From assembly GCA_029856045.1 (NCBI GenBank), contig JAHQWG010000028.1, positions 128,001 to 192,000 on the forward strand: DNA of 64,000 bases, read 5' to 3'. The notes beneath the pieces were generated by a model that was not told the origin of the DNA, made no database searches, and saw only the letters and a program-made list of their open reading frames with translations. Positions within the stretch are counted from its first letter, which is position 1. Each line of letters opens with the position of its first letter. Made by a program: the position numbers and the translations under genes. The stretch is from Promethearchaeia archaeon. GTDB lineage: Archaea > Asgardarchaeota > Lokiarchaeia > Sigyniarchaeales > SOKP01. Shown here one piece after another: positions 10,001 to 19,211 of this stretch.

Positions 10001-10444
10001 TTCTGGAATGAATTGAGTTTTAGTTTCATTAAGAGTATTAAGATATGCTGTAAAATTGACCAAGTTTTCAATTTCTGGAATAATTTGAGTTTTAATTCCA
10101 CCTAAAACCTCAGGAATTGCTTGGGTCTTGACATTATCATCAAATACCGGAATTGCCATTCCTTTTACTGTCTTAAGAATTTCAAGAATTGCTTCAGACT
10201 CCACCATATTCTCAATTTCTGGGAGAGCTCCGTCTCTGATACCTGATAGCACAGTAGGAATTCCCAAAACTTTAACGTTTTCTTCTAATTCAGGTTCTAC
10301 TTGATCCTTAATACCCAAAAGTGCCTCAGGAACGCCTTTAGAGACCTCATTACGAAGGTAATCATTTATTACAAATCCACTTGGTATTAAAAGACCACCA
10401 ATTACTAATAATAAAATTGATGCTGTTAATTTTTTAGTAGACAT
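7019..10444 (-). CDS. Large surface/membrane repeat glycoprotein (N- and C-terminal TM, six ~125-140 aa EQWAN repeats)
   Basis: N-terminal hydrophobic helix; C-terminal TM followed by SRRT; six repeats FYEQWANGT..GFEVG.P..SNIS...LW..N.SS.VN.TGL..W...TFGL...QM...W; many NxS/T sequons. Confidence 0.85.
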   Translation of the reverse strand: MSTKKLTASILLLVIGGLLIPSGFVINDYLRNEVSKGVPEALLGIKDQVEPELEENVKVLGIPTVLSGIRDGALPEIENMVESEAILEILKTVKGMAIPVFDDNVKTQAIPEVLGGIKTQIIPEIENLVNFTAYLNTLNETKTQFIPEIENMINFTAYLETLNETKSRAMGALPDIVNGSTAAKLINQTIDFLGYITFSGDLTLGKEHFFNNKTIQKNTTCPVQGVSENMTSGMLNLSYTRPGQDYLLYGNPIYGLPGLITDTDLGIGLLEFMGYYALGAAGNVTIQGLMKAGYNTTWANLGAIAGYIQNYLWTVEVPFYVPLMYGGMTPSQLAVFIFYAQWANATISEDGLDMSLFIEGYDDPLYGFEAGIPIKTNISYMTALDLWDHMNSSSFVNDTGLMVWLGALAGDPASYIALKTTFGLNDTQMGIVLGWLYNWMLNIAPILFETEKGISLEAAPEIIFYEQWANGTILGEVMFPLGLNFNEFLGLPGTLYGFEVGIYPYGSNISLTTAIDLWNSSYSYSLINSAGLMVWLGALAGDPASYAVLNTTLGLGNDKMNALLGWLYSWTLIVAPTLFSYEYLITLDAAPEYMFYEQWTNGTMLGEEMFPGGIDFSDFIGDLVGPVIGFEVGLPPNPSNISYTSAKALWDISNPYSFINTTTGFGSWYLASEGNTTIESLLNATFGLASGQIELILPWLFTIVKENIVPPFFALPVALGGYGMTTTVYAEILVYEQWANGTIQGIPQYPDGIDLPISGGEALKGLFEVGVPTSSGISLTACYALWDDTNPSSFVNDTGLLKWRDAATELDIWLNLSGTFGLDISQMGLMLDWLEDIIDIFVPALFADPTLGRGMTIPSYAKTLFYEQWANGTILGEAVYPQGLDLGGGLTGFEVGIPTESNISLAVCELLWNEVNGSTFVNDTGIDKWLDAATDTTVQTELRTTFGLDTTQMSLILDWLWENSFKDDVVPILAAEELGMSLSDYAEVLFFEQWANCTILGEKMFPEGIVLPFDNITGLEVGCPTASSISLSVAEILFDKRNSSSIVDPSGLQKWYKAADSSSNEYTELKATFGLSNTQMGMMTTWITNFRDNVVPVLAKEEMGLPADPYTLGSGIFMGMAVGGVCLAALGVVVLILSRRT

Positions 10445-11044
10445 AACATATACTAATTTGTCTATGTTTTATTTAAATATATCGACAAACATATCCATAT
10501 AGGTTTTTTCTTCTCCCAGTTCAAAAATGACTAAACATGAAAAGAACAAACTTAAAACAAAAATACTTTCTTGAGATTATACTTTAATAAATCTTTGAAG
10601 AAATTTAAGAGTGAAATCAAGTGAGCTATTTATTTAATAATTTGTTTCGTTTTTCAAAATATTTAAAATTTTTTCTATAATCATTATATCTTTCTTCAGG
10701 TGGTTCTTTTAAAAATTGCGGGTCAACTTTATGAAATTATCTACTTCACGAATTTGGGATAAGTAAAAAAAGAAAAAAGTCAGATTCTTGCAAATCCTCA
10801 TATATCACTATTATCTCCAGAAAAAATTAATAACAACATAGTAAAGATTTGAACATTATTTTAAGCAGAAAAATAAATACTTCTAATTTCTGTAAATCAG
10901 CCATATTTCCCCTTGTTTTGAGATGTCCTTCAATAAAAACCTTTATTGGGGGGCAATATTTCCATAAGCAATATCTCCAAAAAGTTCAGAATTCATTTCT
11001 ATAAAGGAATTTTATACATAATTTGAGATTAAATATAAAAAAAG

Positions 11045-12190
11045 TTATGGTAATCCCATTGATAAATAGGTTGGACAATAAAGAGGTTTTTCAAATTTTG
11101 GGATTGATAAACCGCTTTTCATAGCTTTTAACATAATGACTTCCATGGGATGTTGTAAAAGACCTATACTAGTAAATGCTCTTCTTAAGTCAACATCAGA
11201 TTTTGTACTTAGATATATAAAAACTCCTTCTTTCCGTTGAACAGTCGCTTTAAGAATTTTATCAATTAAATATAAATACCCAAAATGCAAATCCCTTTTA
11301 TTCATGAAATAGGATTTATCAAGATAAATTTCATGAAGAAGGGAGAAACCAAACTTGAATTTTAGTTTTTTTAAGCACAATAGTGAACTTGTGAGAGTAC
11401 CTCCTCCAATTGTAACACCATTTTTTTTGATGAGAACATAAGTTGGCTCATAATCTTTATTGGGAACGTTGATTCGCATCCATCGATATATCTTTCGATC
11501 ATATGGATAAAAACCAGTATAATTTTTGGAAAGAATTCGATTTATGACATCCATAACTTCCCAATGTCTATTATTATGCACGATTTCATAGGAAAAATTT
11601 CTAAAAGATGAGTCTAATTTAATTCTTAATCGATTTAAAAATCTCCCGCCATAATTTAATGTAACAAATATAGGGAGTGCTGGGGAAAGAAGTGGATTAT
11701 CTTTAATAAACTTAAGAAAATATGGAAATCCGATGGTCGCGTACCCATGTTCAACATCTTCATATCCCATCTTTAAGTAAATTTTTTCTCGTGGAAAACC
11801 TTTAGGATCTGCTGTAAGGATAGAGTAATCACAATCCCTTGATTGCATATAACTAAATGCCATCTCCATTAATTTTTTTGCAATCCCCTGGCGTGTATAA
11901 CGAGGATCTGTGCTAACATCATTAACATCACCTACTAGATACTCATTACTATTAAAAAGCACCCTTTCAACTCGATTAACAATAACCATGCCTACGAGTC
12001 TATCATTCTCTGAATCTTCAGCAATTTGAATCATCTCGGGTTCAAAATCAGGATCAGAAGGATAACGCCAATGCCATTTGCTTTCTGTATCAATTCGTGA
12101 AATACCAGTCATTTGGAATGCATCAACAAATAAATGCGCAAGTTGCTTCTCGTCTCCCTCATTATAATGACGATATGTTATATTAACCAT
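11045..12190 (-). CDS. GNAT family N-acetyltransferase
   Basis: Motif A VSTDPRYTRQGIAKKLM and IYLKMGY; extended C-terminal domain. Confidence 0.85.
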   Translation of the reverse strand: MVNITYRHYNEGDEKQLAHLFVDAFQMTGISRIDTESKWHWRYPSDPDFEPEMIQIAEDSENDRLVGMVIVNRVERVLFNSNEYLVGDVNDVSTDPRYTRQGIAKKLMEMAFSYMQSRDCDYSILTADPKGFPREKIYLKMGYEDVEHGYATIGFPYFLKFIKDNPLLSPALPIFVTLNYGGRFLNRLRIKLDSSFRNFSYEIVHNNRHWEVMDVINRILSKNYTGFYPYDRKIYRWMRINVPNKDYEPTYVLIKKNGVTIGGGTLTSSLLCLKKLKFKFGFSLLHEIYLDKSYFMNKRDLHFGYLYLIDKILKATVQRKEGVFIYLSTKSDVDLRRAFTSIGLLQHPMEVIMLKAMKSGLSIPKFEKPLYCPTYLSMGLP

Positions 12191-12379
12191 GGTCTATTTA
12201 ATCAGTTCCATTTATAAATAAAATATAATTTAATAGGAATTTAATTTTTTATTTCAAAAATATTAACATGTAAAAAATACGGAGATTTTCGTTAAATTAA
12301 AATAGTTTTAAATTTAATTAAATTTTATTAACATATTTATAAATATAATTTAAAAATCCTATTTTACTTAGAATATAAT

Positions 12380-12739
12380 GTGATTTTTATGGGAGAAAGA
12401 AATATTCAAGGAATATTAGAATCTTTACGTGAGATTAAAGGCGTTCATGGAGCAGTTTTAATTGAGAAATTTGCAGGAATTGTAGGTGAAGCCCTTCCCG
12501 GCTGGATTGATAGTGATGCAATCTCTGCCATGGTTAATTTGATTCTTAAAGTGGGCCAAAGAGCTACAAAAGAATTAGAACAAGGTTCATTTATTAGTGC
12601 CACATTAGAAAATACAATGGGAAAGCTTTTATTTTCTGAAGTAGCTGGTAAAATTTTATGTGTAATCGCAACGAACGAAGCTAAGCTGGGGATTATCAAA
12701 TTAAAATTAGATGCTGCGAAGAAGGCTTTAACTGGTTAA
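12380..12739 (+). CDS. Roadblock/LC7 (MglB-like) domain protein
   Basis: About 116-119 aa; ILESLREIKGVHGAVLI..GIV..; DAISAM; ELEQG...LENTMGKLL; VIATNEAKLGII. Probable ATG start at 12389. Confidence 0.9.
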   Translation: MIFMGERNIQGILESLREIKGVHGAVLIEKFAGIVGEALPGWIDSDAISAMVNLILKVGQRATKELEQGSFISATLENTMGKLLFSEVAGKILCVIATNEAKLGIIKLKLDAAKKALTG

Positions 12740-12740
12740 A

Positions 12741-14219
12741 TTAACTCTTTTTATATTTTTTTATTTTATTAGAAAGTAACTCTAATAAGATTTCTCGAGT
12801 TAATTCTGGGTCTAATCGACCTTTTGTTTTTTTCATACACTTTCCAATTAAAGCTTCTAAAGCTCGTGGATTCTTTTCAAAATCTCTTATTATATCTAGA
12901 TTATCTGTAATTACTTCTTTTGTAATTTTAAGAATATATTCTTTATCAGAAATTCTTCTCTTACCTGTTTTTTCAATTAAAGCTTTAACATTAAATCCCA
13001 CCATAAGATCTGGAATAAAAGATTTGGCTATTTTTCCAGTTATTTTACCATCTTTAATAGCATTTATTAAATCTACAAGATGTTTTGGTGTTATTTTGGT
13101 TTCTTGTATTATCTTATTATTATTATTTAACCATCTCGAAATATCATTCATTAACCAATTACAATATAATTTATATTCTTCAGAGTCAAAAGATGGGTCA
13201 GATTTTACTCCTTCTTCATAAAAATCAGCGAAATTTTTATCCAGAACTAAATTATATGAGTCAAATTCAGTCAATCTATATTCTTTTCGAAACCTTACTG
13301 ATCTCTCATTTGGCATTTCTGGTAATTCACTTTTAACTTTTTGAATAAAATCGCTATTAATTTCTATTGGAACTAAATCTTGTTCAGGAAAATAGCGATA
13401 ATCCTCCTCCAATTCCTTAGTTCGTAATGGAATTGTGATCCTTCTTTTATCATCCCAATGTCTTGTTTCTTGAATTAATTTTTTTCCTCTTTTAAGTATG
13501 TTTTTTTGCCTAATAATTTCGTGTCTTAAAGCTCTTTCAACTTCTTTAAAACTGTTGATATTTTTAACTTCACTGCGATCGTAGCCCTTTATCGAAATAT
13601 TTGCATCAACTCTAACTGAACCTTCAAGCTCGAGATTTGAAATTCCTGTATATTGAACGATTGATTTTAATTGTTTGAGAAATTCTCTAGCTTCTTCTGG
13701 AGAACTAATGACGGGTTCAGAAACAATTTCAATTAAACAAACACCAGAACGGTTATAATCTATTAAAGTGAATGGTGAAGTTGCTATGCTTCCCTTATGT
13801 ACTAACCGTGCAGGATCCTCTTCAAGATGAATTCTATTCAAAATTATATCTTTTTTATGATTATTTAATCTAATAGTTGTTTTTCCCCCATCTGCAAAAG
13901 CTTTGCCCCCTGCTTTATTATACTGGCTAATCTGGAATCCTTTAGGGAGATCTGGATAAAAATAATTCTTTCGAAAGAACCAAAATTGATTATTGATTTT
14001 ACAATCTAAAGCTAATGCTAATCTAATAGCAAGTTCGATTACTTTTTTGTTAACAACAGGAAGTGAACCTGGTAAGCCAATACAAATAGGACAAACATGA
14101 GTATTTGGTTCTGTGCCTCGATAATCATTACTGCAGCTACAAAAAAGTTTGGTTTTGAGATTTGTTAATTGAATATGAATTTCTAATCCAATCATTATTT
14201 CATTATTTTGGATACTCAT
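12741..14219 (-). CDS. gatB: Asp/Glu-tRNA amidotransferase subunit B
   Basis: IGLEIHIQL..TKLFC, RKNYFYPDLPKGFQISQ, IHLEED, DYNRSG, EVKNINS, DYRYFPE. Confidence 0.97.
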   Translation of the reverse strand: MSIQNNEIMIGLEIHIQLTNLKTKLFCSCSNDYRGTEPNTHVCPICIGLPGSLPVVNKKVIELAIRLALALDCKINNQFWFFRKNYFYPDLPKGFQISQYNKAGGKAFADGGKTTIRLNNHKKDIILNRIHLEEDPARLVHKGSIATSPFTLIDYNRSGVCLIEIVSEPVISSPEEAREFLKQLKSIVQYTGISNLELEGSVRVDANISIKGYDRSEVKNINSFKEVERALRHEIIRQKNILKRGKKLIQETRHWDDKRRITIPLRTKELEEDYRYFPEQDLVPIEINSDFIQKVKSELPEMPNERSVRFRKEYRLTEFDSYNLVLDKNFADFYEEGVKSDPSFDSEEYKLYCNWLMNDISRWLNNNNKIIQETKITPKHLVDLINAIKDGKITGKIAKSFIPDLMVGFNVKALIEKTGKRRISDKEYILKITKEVITDNLDIIRDFEKNPRALEALIGKCMKKTKGRLDPELTREILLELLSNKIKKYKKS

Positions 14220-14229
14220 GATTTTTCCC

Positions 14230-15711
14230 TCATTTTATTGCAGGTACAGTTTTTCGATAAATATTCAGTTCTTGCTCTAATTGATATCCGATGTTAAGAA
14301 TACCCTTTTCATCAAAATAATTGCCAATAATTTGAAATCCTATAGGCAAATCATTACTATCAAAACCACAAGGGATTGTTATTGCAGGTAAACCAGCAAG
14401 GTTAACGGGACATGTTAACACATCATCCATGTACATTTGTAATGGATCATCTACTTTCTCTCCAATTTTAAACGCTGTTGAGGGCATTGTTGGACAAATA
14501 ATAAAATCACATTTTTTATAGGCTTCTTGAAAATCTTTTTTGATTAAAGTTCTCACTTTCAGAGCCTTAATATAATACATGTCGTAGTATCCAGCAGATA
14601 AAGCATAAGTGCCTAAAAAGATTCTTCTTTTTACTTCAGTTCCTAAACCTTCATTTCTGGTCCTGCTAAAAACATCATAAACATCGCCTTTTAAATTTTG
14701 ACTCATTTTTCCATACCTTAGCCCATCATATCTCGCTAAATTCGAGCTTGCTTCACTCATACATAGTAAATAATACGTAGCGACAGTATATTCAAGATGT
14801 GGAATTGTCACCTCTACTGTAGTTCCTCCTAAACTTTCCAATTTTTTAATTGAGTTTTTTACTGAGCTTTTTACTTCATTATTGACCCCTTCTCCAAAAA
14901 ATTCTTCGGGGACTCCTAAAATCTTTTTATCGATTGATTTTTTTAATTCTGCGGTGTATTTATCTACTTTTATATTTACTGAAGTGGAATCCAAGGGATC
15001 TTTACCAGCCATAATTTCAAGTAATAATGCTGAATCGTATACACATTTAGTTATTGATCCAATTTGGTCTAATGAGTTGGCAAATGCCACTAAACCATAC
15101 CTTGAGATCCTTCCATACGTCGGTTTTAATCCTACAACACCGCAAAATGAAGCAGGACATCGAATACTTCCACCTGTATCACTTCCTAAAGCTAATATTG
15201 TCTGTCCTGATGCGATACTGGCCGCAGAACCACCACTTGATCCTCCAGGAACTCTTGAAATATCCCATGGATTGAATGTAGGTCCATAACAGCTGTTTTC
15301 TGTAGAACTTCCCATAGCAAATTCATCCATATTTGTATTTCCAATATGAATTGCTCCCTCTTGTTCTACAAGACGTTCAATGACGAAAGCATTGTATGGA
15401 GGATGATATCCCTTTAATATTTTTGAACAACAAGTAGTAGGAAAACCTTTTAGACAGATTAAATCTTTATTTGCTAAAGGTAGTCCACAAAGTTTCCCAA
15501 CTTTTTTACCTTTTTGAATTTTTATATCATATTCTTTTGCCTTTTTGAGTGCTTTATCTTTTGATAGATTGATAAAAGAATGAAGGAGATTATCAGTTGC
15601 CTCAATTCTGTCAAATGTTGATTGAATTAAATCACTAACTGTAATTTCTTTATTTATTATCTTTTCGATTAATTCATATCCCATGTAATTGTAGAGTTCC
15701 ATTAATAACAA
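14230..15711 (-). CDS. gatA: Asp/Glu-tRNA amidotransferase subunit A
   Basis: Amidase signature NMDEFAMGSS, PGGSSGGS, GSDTGGSIR, SSNLARYDG; probable ATG start at 15702. Confidence 0.97.
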   Translation of the reverse strand: MLLMELYNYMGYELIEKIINKEITVSDLIQSTFDRIEATDNLLHSFINLSKDKALKKAKEYDIKIQKGKKVGKLCGLPLANKDLICLKGFPTTCCSKILKGYHPPYNAFVIERLVEQEGAIHIGNTNMDEFAMGSSTENSCYGPTFNPWDISRVPGGSSGGSAASIASGQTILALGSDTGGSIRCPASFCGVVGLKPTYGRISRYGLVAFANSLDQIGSITKCVYDSALLLEIMAGKDPLDSTSVNIKVDKYTAELKKSIDKKILGVPEEFFGEGVNNEVKSSVKNSIKKLESLGGTTVEVTIPHLEYTVATYYLLCMSEASSNLARYDGLRYGKMSQNLKGDVYDVFSRTRNEGLGTEVKRRIFLGTYALSAGYYDMYYIKALKVRTLIKKDFQEAYKKCDFIICPTMPSTAFKIGEKVDDPLQMYMDDVLTCPVNLAGLPAITIPCGFDSNDLPIGFQIIGNYFDEKGILNIGYQLEQELNIYRKTVPAIK

Positions 15712-15806
15712 ACCAAACTTCTTAATAATTTAGAATAAACTTCTCTTAAATTAAATTATTTTTGATCATATTGTGTATTTCTAAAAAATTTAACTGTAGT
15801 GCTACA

Positions 15807-17114
15807 TTAAGGTGCTTTTCTGGTTAAAGTTCTAGGGAAAGGAATGGCATCTTTAATATTATCCAACCCACAGATCCAAGAAACGACTCTTTCCACACCT
15901 AAACCATAACCTGAATGAGGAACACTGCCATATCGTCTCAAATCAAAATACCAGTCATAATTTTTTGGATCTTCGCCATCTACTTCTAATCTCTGAATCA
16001 TATCACTCACGGATGTATTTCTTTCTGACCCACCGATAATTTCACAATATCCTTCTGGAGCTAACATATCAAAACATAATGCTTCTTTAGGATTTTCTTC
16101 ACTGGGTGGTTTATAAAAACCCATAATTTCTGTGGGATAATGTGTGACAACCACAGGAACCTTAAAATGTTCTACTATTTTTTCTTCTTCAATAGTTCTT
16201 AAATCCTTACCCCAAGGAACATTCATTTGGTATTTCTTATTAAGAAGATCTAAAGCTTCTGCATACTTAATTGTAGGATATTCTGCTTTCGTGTAATGCT
16301 CTAGAAACTTAATATCTCTCTTTAAAATTTCAAGTTCTTTCCTATTATGTTTTAAAACTTTTTGTATAATAAATCTGATTTCGTCTTTTGCAACTTCGGT
16401 GACCTCATCAAGCTTCATCCATGCAGCTTCCATTTCAGCCATCCAAAATTCTGCTAAATGTCTGGAAGTTTTTGATCTTTCTGCTCTAAAAGTTGGTCCC
16501 ATATTGTAAATTTTCCCTAATGTAAAAATCCCAGCCTCAGCATATAATTGCCATGTTTGGCTTAGATAGATTTTATCTTCAAAATATTTAACTTCAAATA
16601 ATGTAGCACCACCTTCGGACTGGATAGGTTGGAAAATTGGCGCGTCAAATTCATAATAACCCCGATTTCTAAAAAATTCATGAATAGCCCCAACAATTGT
16701 ATGTCGAATTTTTAAAACTGCGTTTAATTTCCTTGATCTTAACCATAAATGCCTATTATCATATAAAAGTTCGGGTGATTGATATTCTGTAATTGGAAAA
16801 GGTTCGGAAATTTGGATAATTTCTAAATCAGTTACAGAAATTTCATAACCTGTGGGAGCTCTTTCATCCTTCTTTAATTCACCCGAAACTTTGATTGAAG
16901 ATTCAGTTGTTAATTGTTCAGCTTTTTCAAAGAGTTCTGGATTTCTATCTTTAGAAATAACACATTGTATTATGTCAGATTCATCCCTTAAAACAATGAA
17001 TACAAATTTGTTCGATTTTCTTATTCTATGTACCCAACCTCTCAAATTTACATTAGTAGATTCCTTTTTCAGAGCTTCCTTAATTGTTATATATTTTGAT
17101 TCTTTCATTGCCAA
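15807..17114 (-). CDS. asnS: Asparagine--tRNA ligase (archaeal/eukaryote type)
   Basis: OB-fold RGWVHRIR, RHLWLRS, EGGATLF, FRAERSKTSRHLAEFWMAE, WYFDLRRYGSVPHSGYGLGVER. Confidence 0.93.
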   Translation of the reverse strand: MAMKESKYITIKEALKKESTNVNLRGWVHRIRKSNKFVFIVLRDESDIIQCVISKDRNPELFEKAEQLTTESSIKVSGELKKDERAPTGYEISVTDLEIIQISEPFPITEYQSPELLYDNRHLWLRSRKLNAVLKIRHTIVGAIHEFFRNRGYYEFDAPIFQPIQSEGGATLFEVKYFEDKIYLSQTWQLYAEAGIFTLGKIYNMGPTFRAERSKTSRHLAEFWMAEMEAAWMKLDEVTEVAKDEIRFIIQKVLKHNRKELEILKRDIKFLEHYTKAEYPTIKYAEALDLLNKKYQMNVPWGKDLRTIEEEKIVEHFKVPVVVTHYPTEIMGFYKPPSEENPKEALCFDMLAPEGYCEIIGGSERNTSVSDMIQRLEVDGEDPKNYDWYFDLRRYGSVPHSGYGLGVERVVSWICGLDNIKDAIPFPRTLTRKAP

Positions 17115-17159
17115 ATTAGATCACACTATTTGTTAATTTATTTGGGATAAAAATTAAAT

Positions 17160-17954
17160 CTATTCTTTCTTTTTATCGTTTTTTTTCAGTAGATATTGTG
17201 CAAATATATTCATATATAAACATTCTTCAGGGTCCATTTGCATCGAACTTGGTGGTTTTTCTATAAATCTAACTGGTGCCCCTTTAATTAAAACAATGGG
17301 TGTTTGCTCATCAGCTTCACCGAGTAAAATTTGAGCTGCACTTACTAAATCGTCTGCTACAGCTCGTTGGGTAATTTGAAGTGGTCTTCCAAATAAATCG
17401 GCACGGCCTCGACAATCTTCAATTGGTTCAAAACCCGAAACTGCAATAGCTACACCAATGGTTCCTTTTTTTAAAGGTTGAACTCTTGAGTCGGCAATTA
17501 TTACTCCCAAATGTTTTAAATTGAATTCCTTTAAAAAAAAATTTCGATATTGATTAACAGTTTTTTGAGGGTTTTTTGGTAATAAAACAACAAAATTTTC
17601 ACCACCTGAATTTGAATGATCAATTCCTGCATTTGCAATTAACATACCGTTGATTTCTGCTAATACTACAGTATCTATTCCACCTAATACCATATCAGCT
17701 TCGCTTAATATCAACTCTACAATACGTTCATCCATTAAATATTTTAATGCTAACTCTTTTGCTTGATCTGAAACGTTTCTAATACTTGTAAGATCTACTA
17801 CTCTTCCTTGTGCAGTAGCAATAATTTTCTCAGAAATTACTATTATATCCTTATCACCAAGAATAATATCATTATCCTTGAATGTATCTAAAATAATTTG
17901 AAATAAATCATCATTGGGTTTAATAATTGGCAATTTCACACTATTAACAATCAT
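17160..17954 (-). CDS. cofE: CofE-family gamma-glutamyl ligase (F420-0:L-glutamate ligase-like)
   Basis: VISEKIIA..QGR, ANAGIDHSN, VIIADS, GVAIAVSG, DLFGRPL.IT..AVADDL..AA...GEA.E.TP. Confidence 0.9.
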   Translation of the reverse strand: MIVNSVKLPIIKPNDDLFQIILDTFKDNDIILGDKDIIVISEKIIATAQGRVVDLTSIRNVSDQAKELALKYLMDERIVELILSEADMVLGGIDTVVLAEINGMLIANAGIDHSNSGGENFVVLLPKNPQKTVNQYRNFFLKEFNLKHLGVIIADSRVQPLKKGTIGVAIAVSGFEPIEDCRGRADLFGRPLQITQRAVADDLVSAAQILLGEADEQTPIVLIKGAPVRFIEKPPSSMQMDPEECLYMNIFAQYLLKKNDKKKE

Positions 17955-18060
17955 ATAATCATCTATTATGGACTCAAGATAATTTCTCTTATTATAATAA
18001 AAGAAAATAATTAATATTTCATAATGTTTATTATTTTATAATAAAAAATTTCATAGAGAT

Positions 18061-18948
18061 GTGCGGGTTCATATGAACTTGATTAATATTAAATTGTTTG
18101 ATTGCTTAGAAATAGGAGATTCACATCCAATTGTTATCATGGGAGTTATAAATTTAAGTCCAGAATCTTTTTTTAAAGGTTCTGTTTTAAAAAATTTGAA
18201 TGATCTATCTTCCATTGTTAAAAATATGATTCAGAATGGCGCTAAAATTATAGATGTTGGTGCGCGTTCGACAGCTCCATGGTCTGCGAAAATTTCTATT
18301 GATGAAGAATTAAAACGGATAATACCTGTAATAAAAAGGGTATGCAAATTAATCCCACAAGAGATAATAATCTCCGTTGATACTCAATACAGGAAGATTG
18401 CAGAAAAATGCTATGAAATAACGAAGGAACACAATAAGTATATGATTATTAATGATGTTTCTAATCTTAAAACAGATTCGACTCTGAAAGATTTAATAAT
18501 TGAAAAAGAAATCCCGATAATATTAATGGCATCAGAGAAAATACCTGGAGACCTTCTGTCAATTGAGGAGATTACGGATAAATTAAAGGAATCGATAATA
18601 TCTCTAGAGAATGAGGGTTTTGCAGGTGATAAAACTATAATAGATCCGGGAATTGGAGCCTGGATTAAGGAAAAAACGTTCCAATATGATATTGGTATAA
18701 TCAATAATCTTAATAAACTAAAATCTCTAAAGAAGCCAATACTTGTTGCAATATCCAGAAAATCTTTTATTGGAAATGCATTGGATATTCCCGATCCTAA
18801 AGATAGATATTTTGGATCATTGTCATCTACGGCTATTGCTATTTATAATGGTGCTCATATAGTTAGAACTCACGATGTGGAGAAAAATTTCCTTGATTTC
18901 ATAAAAATGTCTAAAATAATAAGAGAGCATAGGAAAAATTGGATTTAA
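18061..18948 (+). CDS. folP: Dihydropteroate synthase
   Basis: IMGVINLSPESF, IIDVGARSTAP, ISVDT, IINDVS, IIDPGIG, ISRKSFIG, IVRTHDV. Confidence 0.93.
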   Translation: MRVHMNLINIKLFDCLEIGDSHPIVIMGVINLSPESFFKGSVLKNLNDLSSIVKNMIQNGAKIIDVGARSTAPWSAKISIDEELKRIIPVIKRVCKLIPQEIIISVDTQYRKIAEKCYEITKEHNKYMIINDVSNLKTDSTLKDLIIEKEIPIILMASEKIPGDLLSIEEITDKLKESIISLENEGFAGDKTIIDPGIGAWIKEKTFQYDIGIINNLNKLKSLKKPILVAISRKSFIGNALDIPDPKDRYFGSLSSTAIAIYNGAHIVRTHDVEKNFLDFIKMSKIIREHRKNWI

Positions 18949-19211
18949 ATGATATCATCTTCTTGGAACAGAGTATTTTTTGAATAATAATTGTTAATAA
19001 AATTACGCAACTCATTTCGAAAAGCAATAATAATTTCATATTTTCATTCTAGATTTTGATAATTTATTTCCCAAAATTGATAAAAAAAACTCCCATAGGT
19101 TTATATCGTTAAGTAACTTATATTTATATTGAAACCTACAAATAAAGAATACGTTTTCACCTCTAATAAATCAAATTTAATTAGAAAAAAATAGGTAGGA
19201 AGGATTAAATT

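Noticed and set aside
15712-15806. Possible missed gatC
   Set aside because: The gap is only ~95 nt, too short for a ~95-aa GatC
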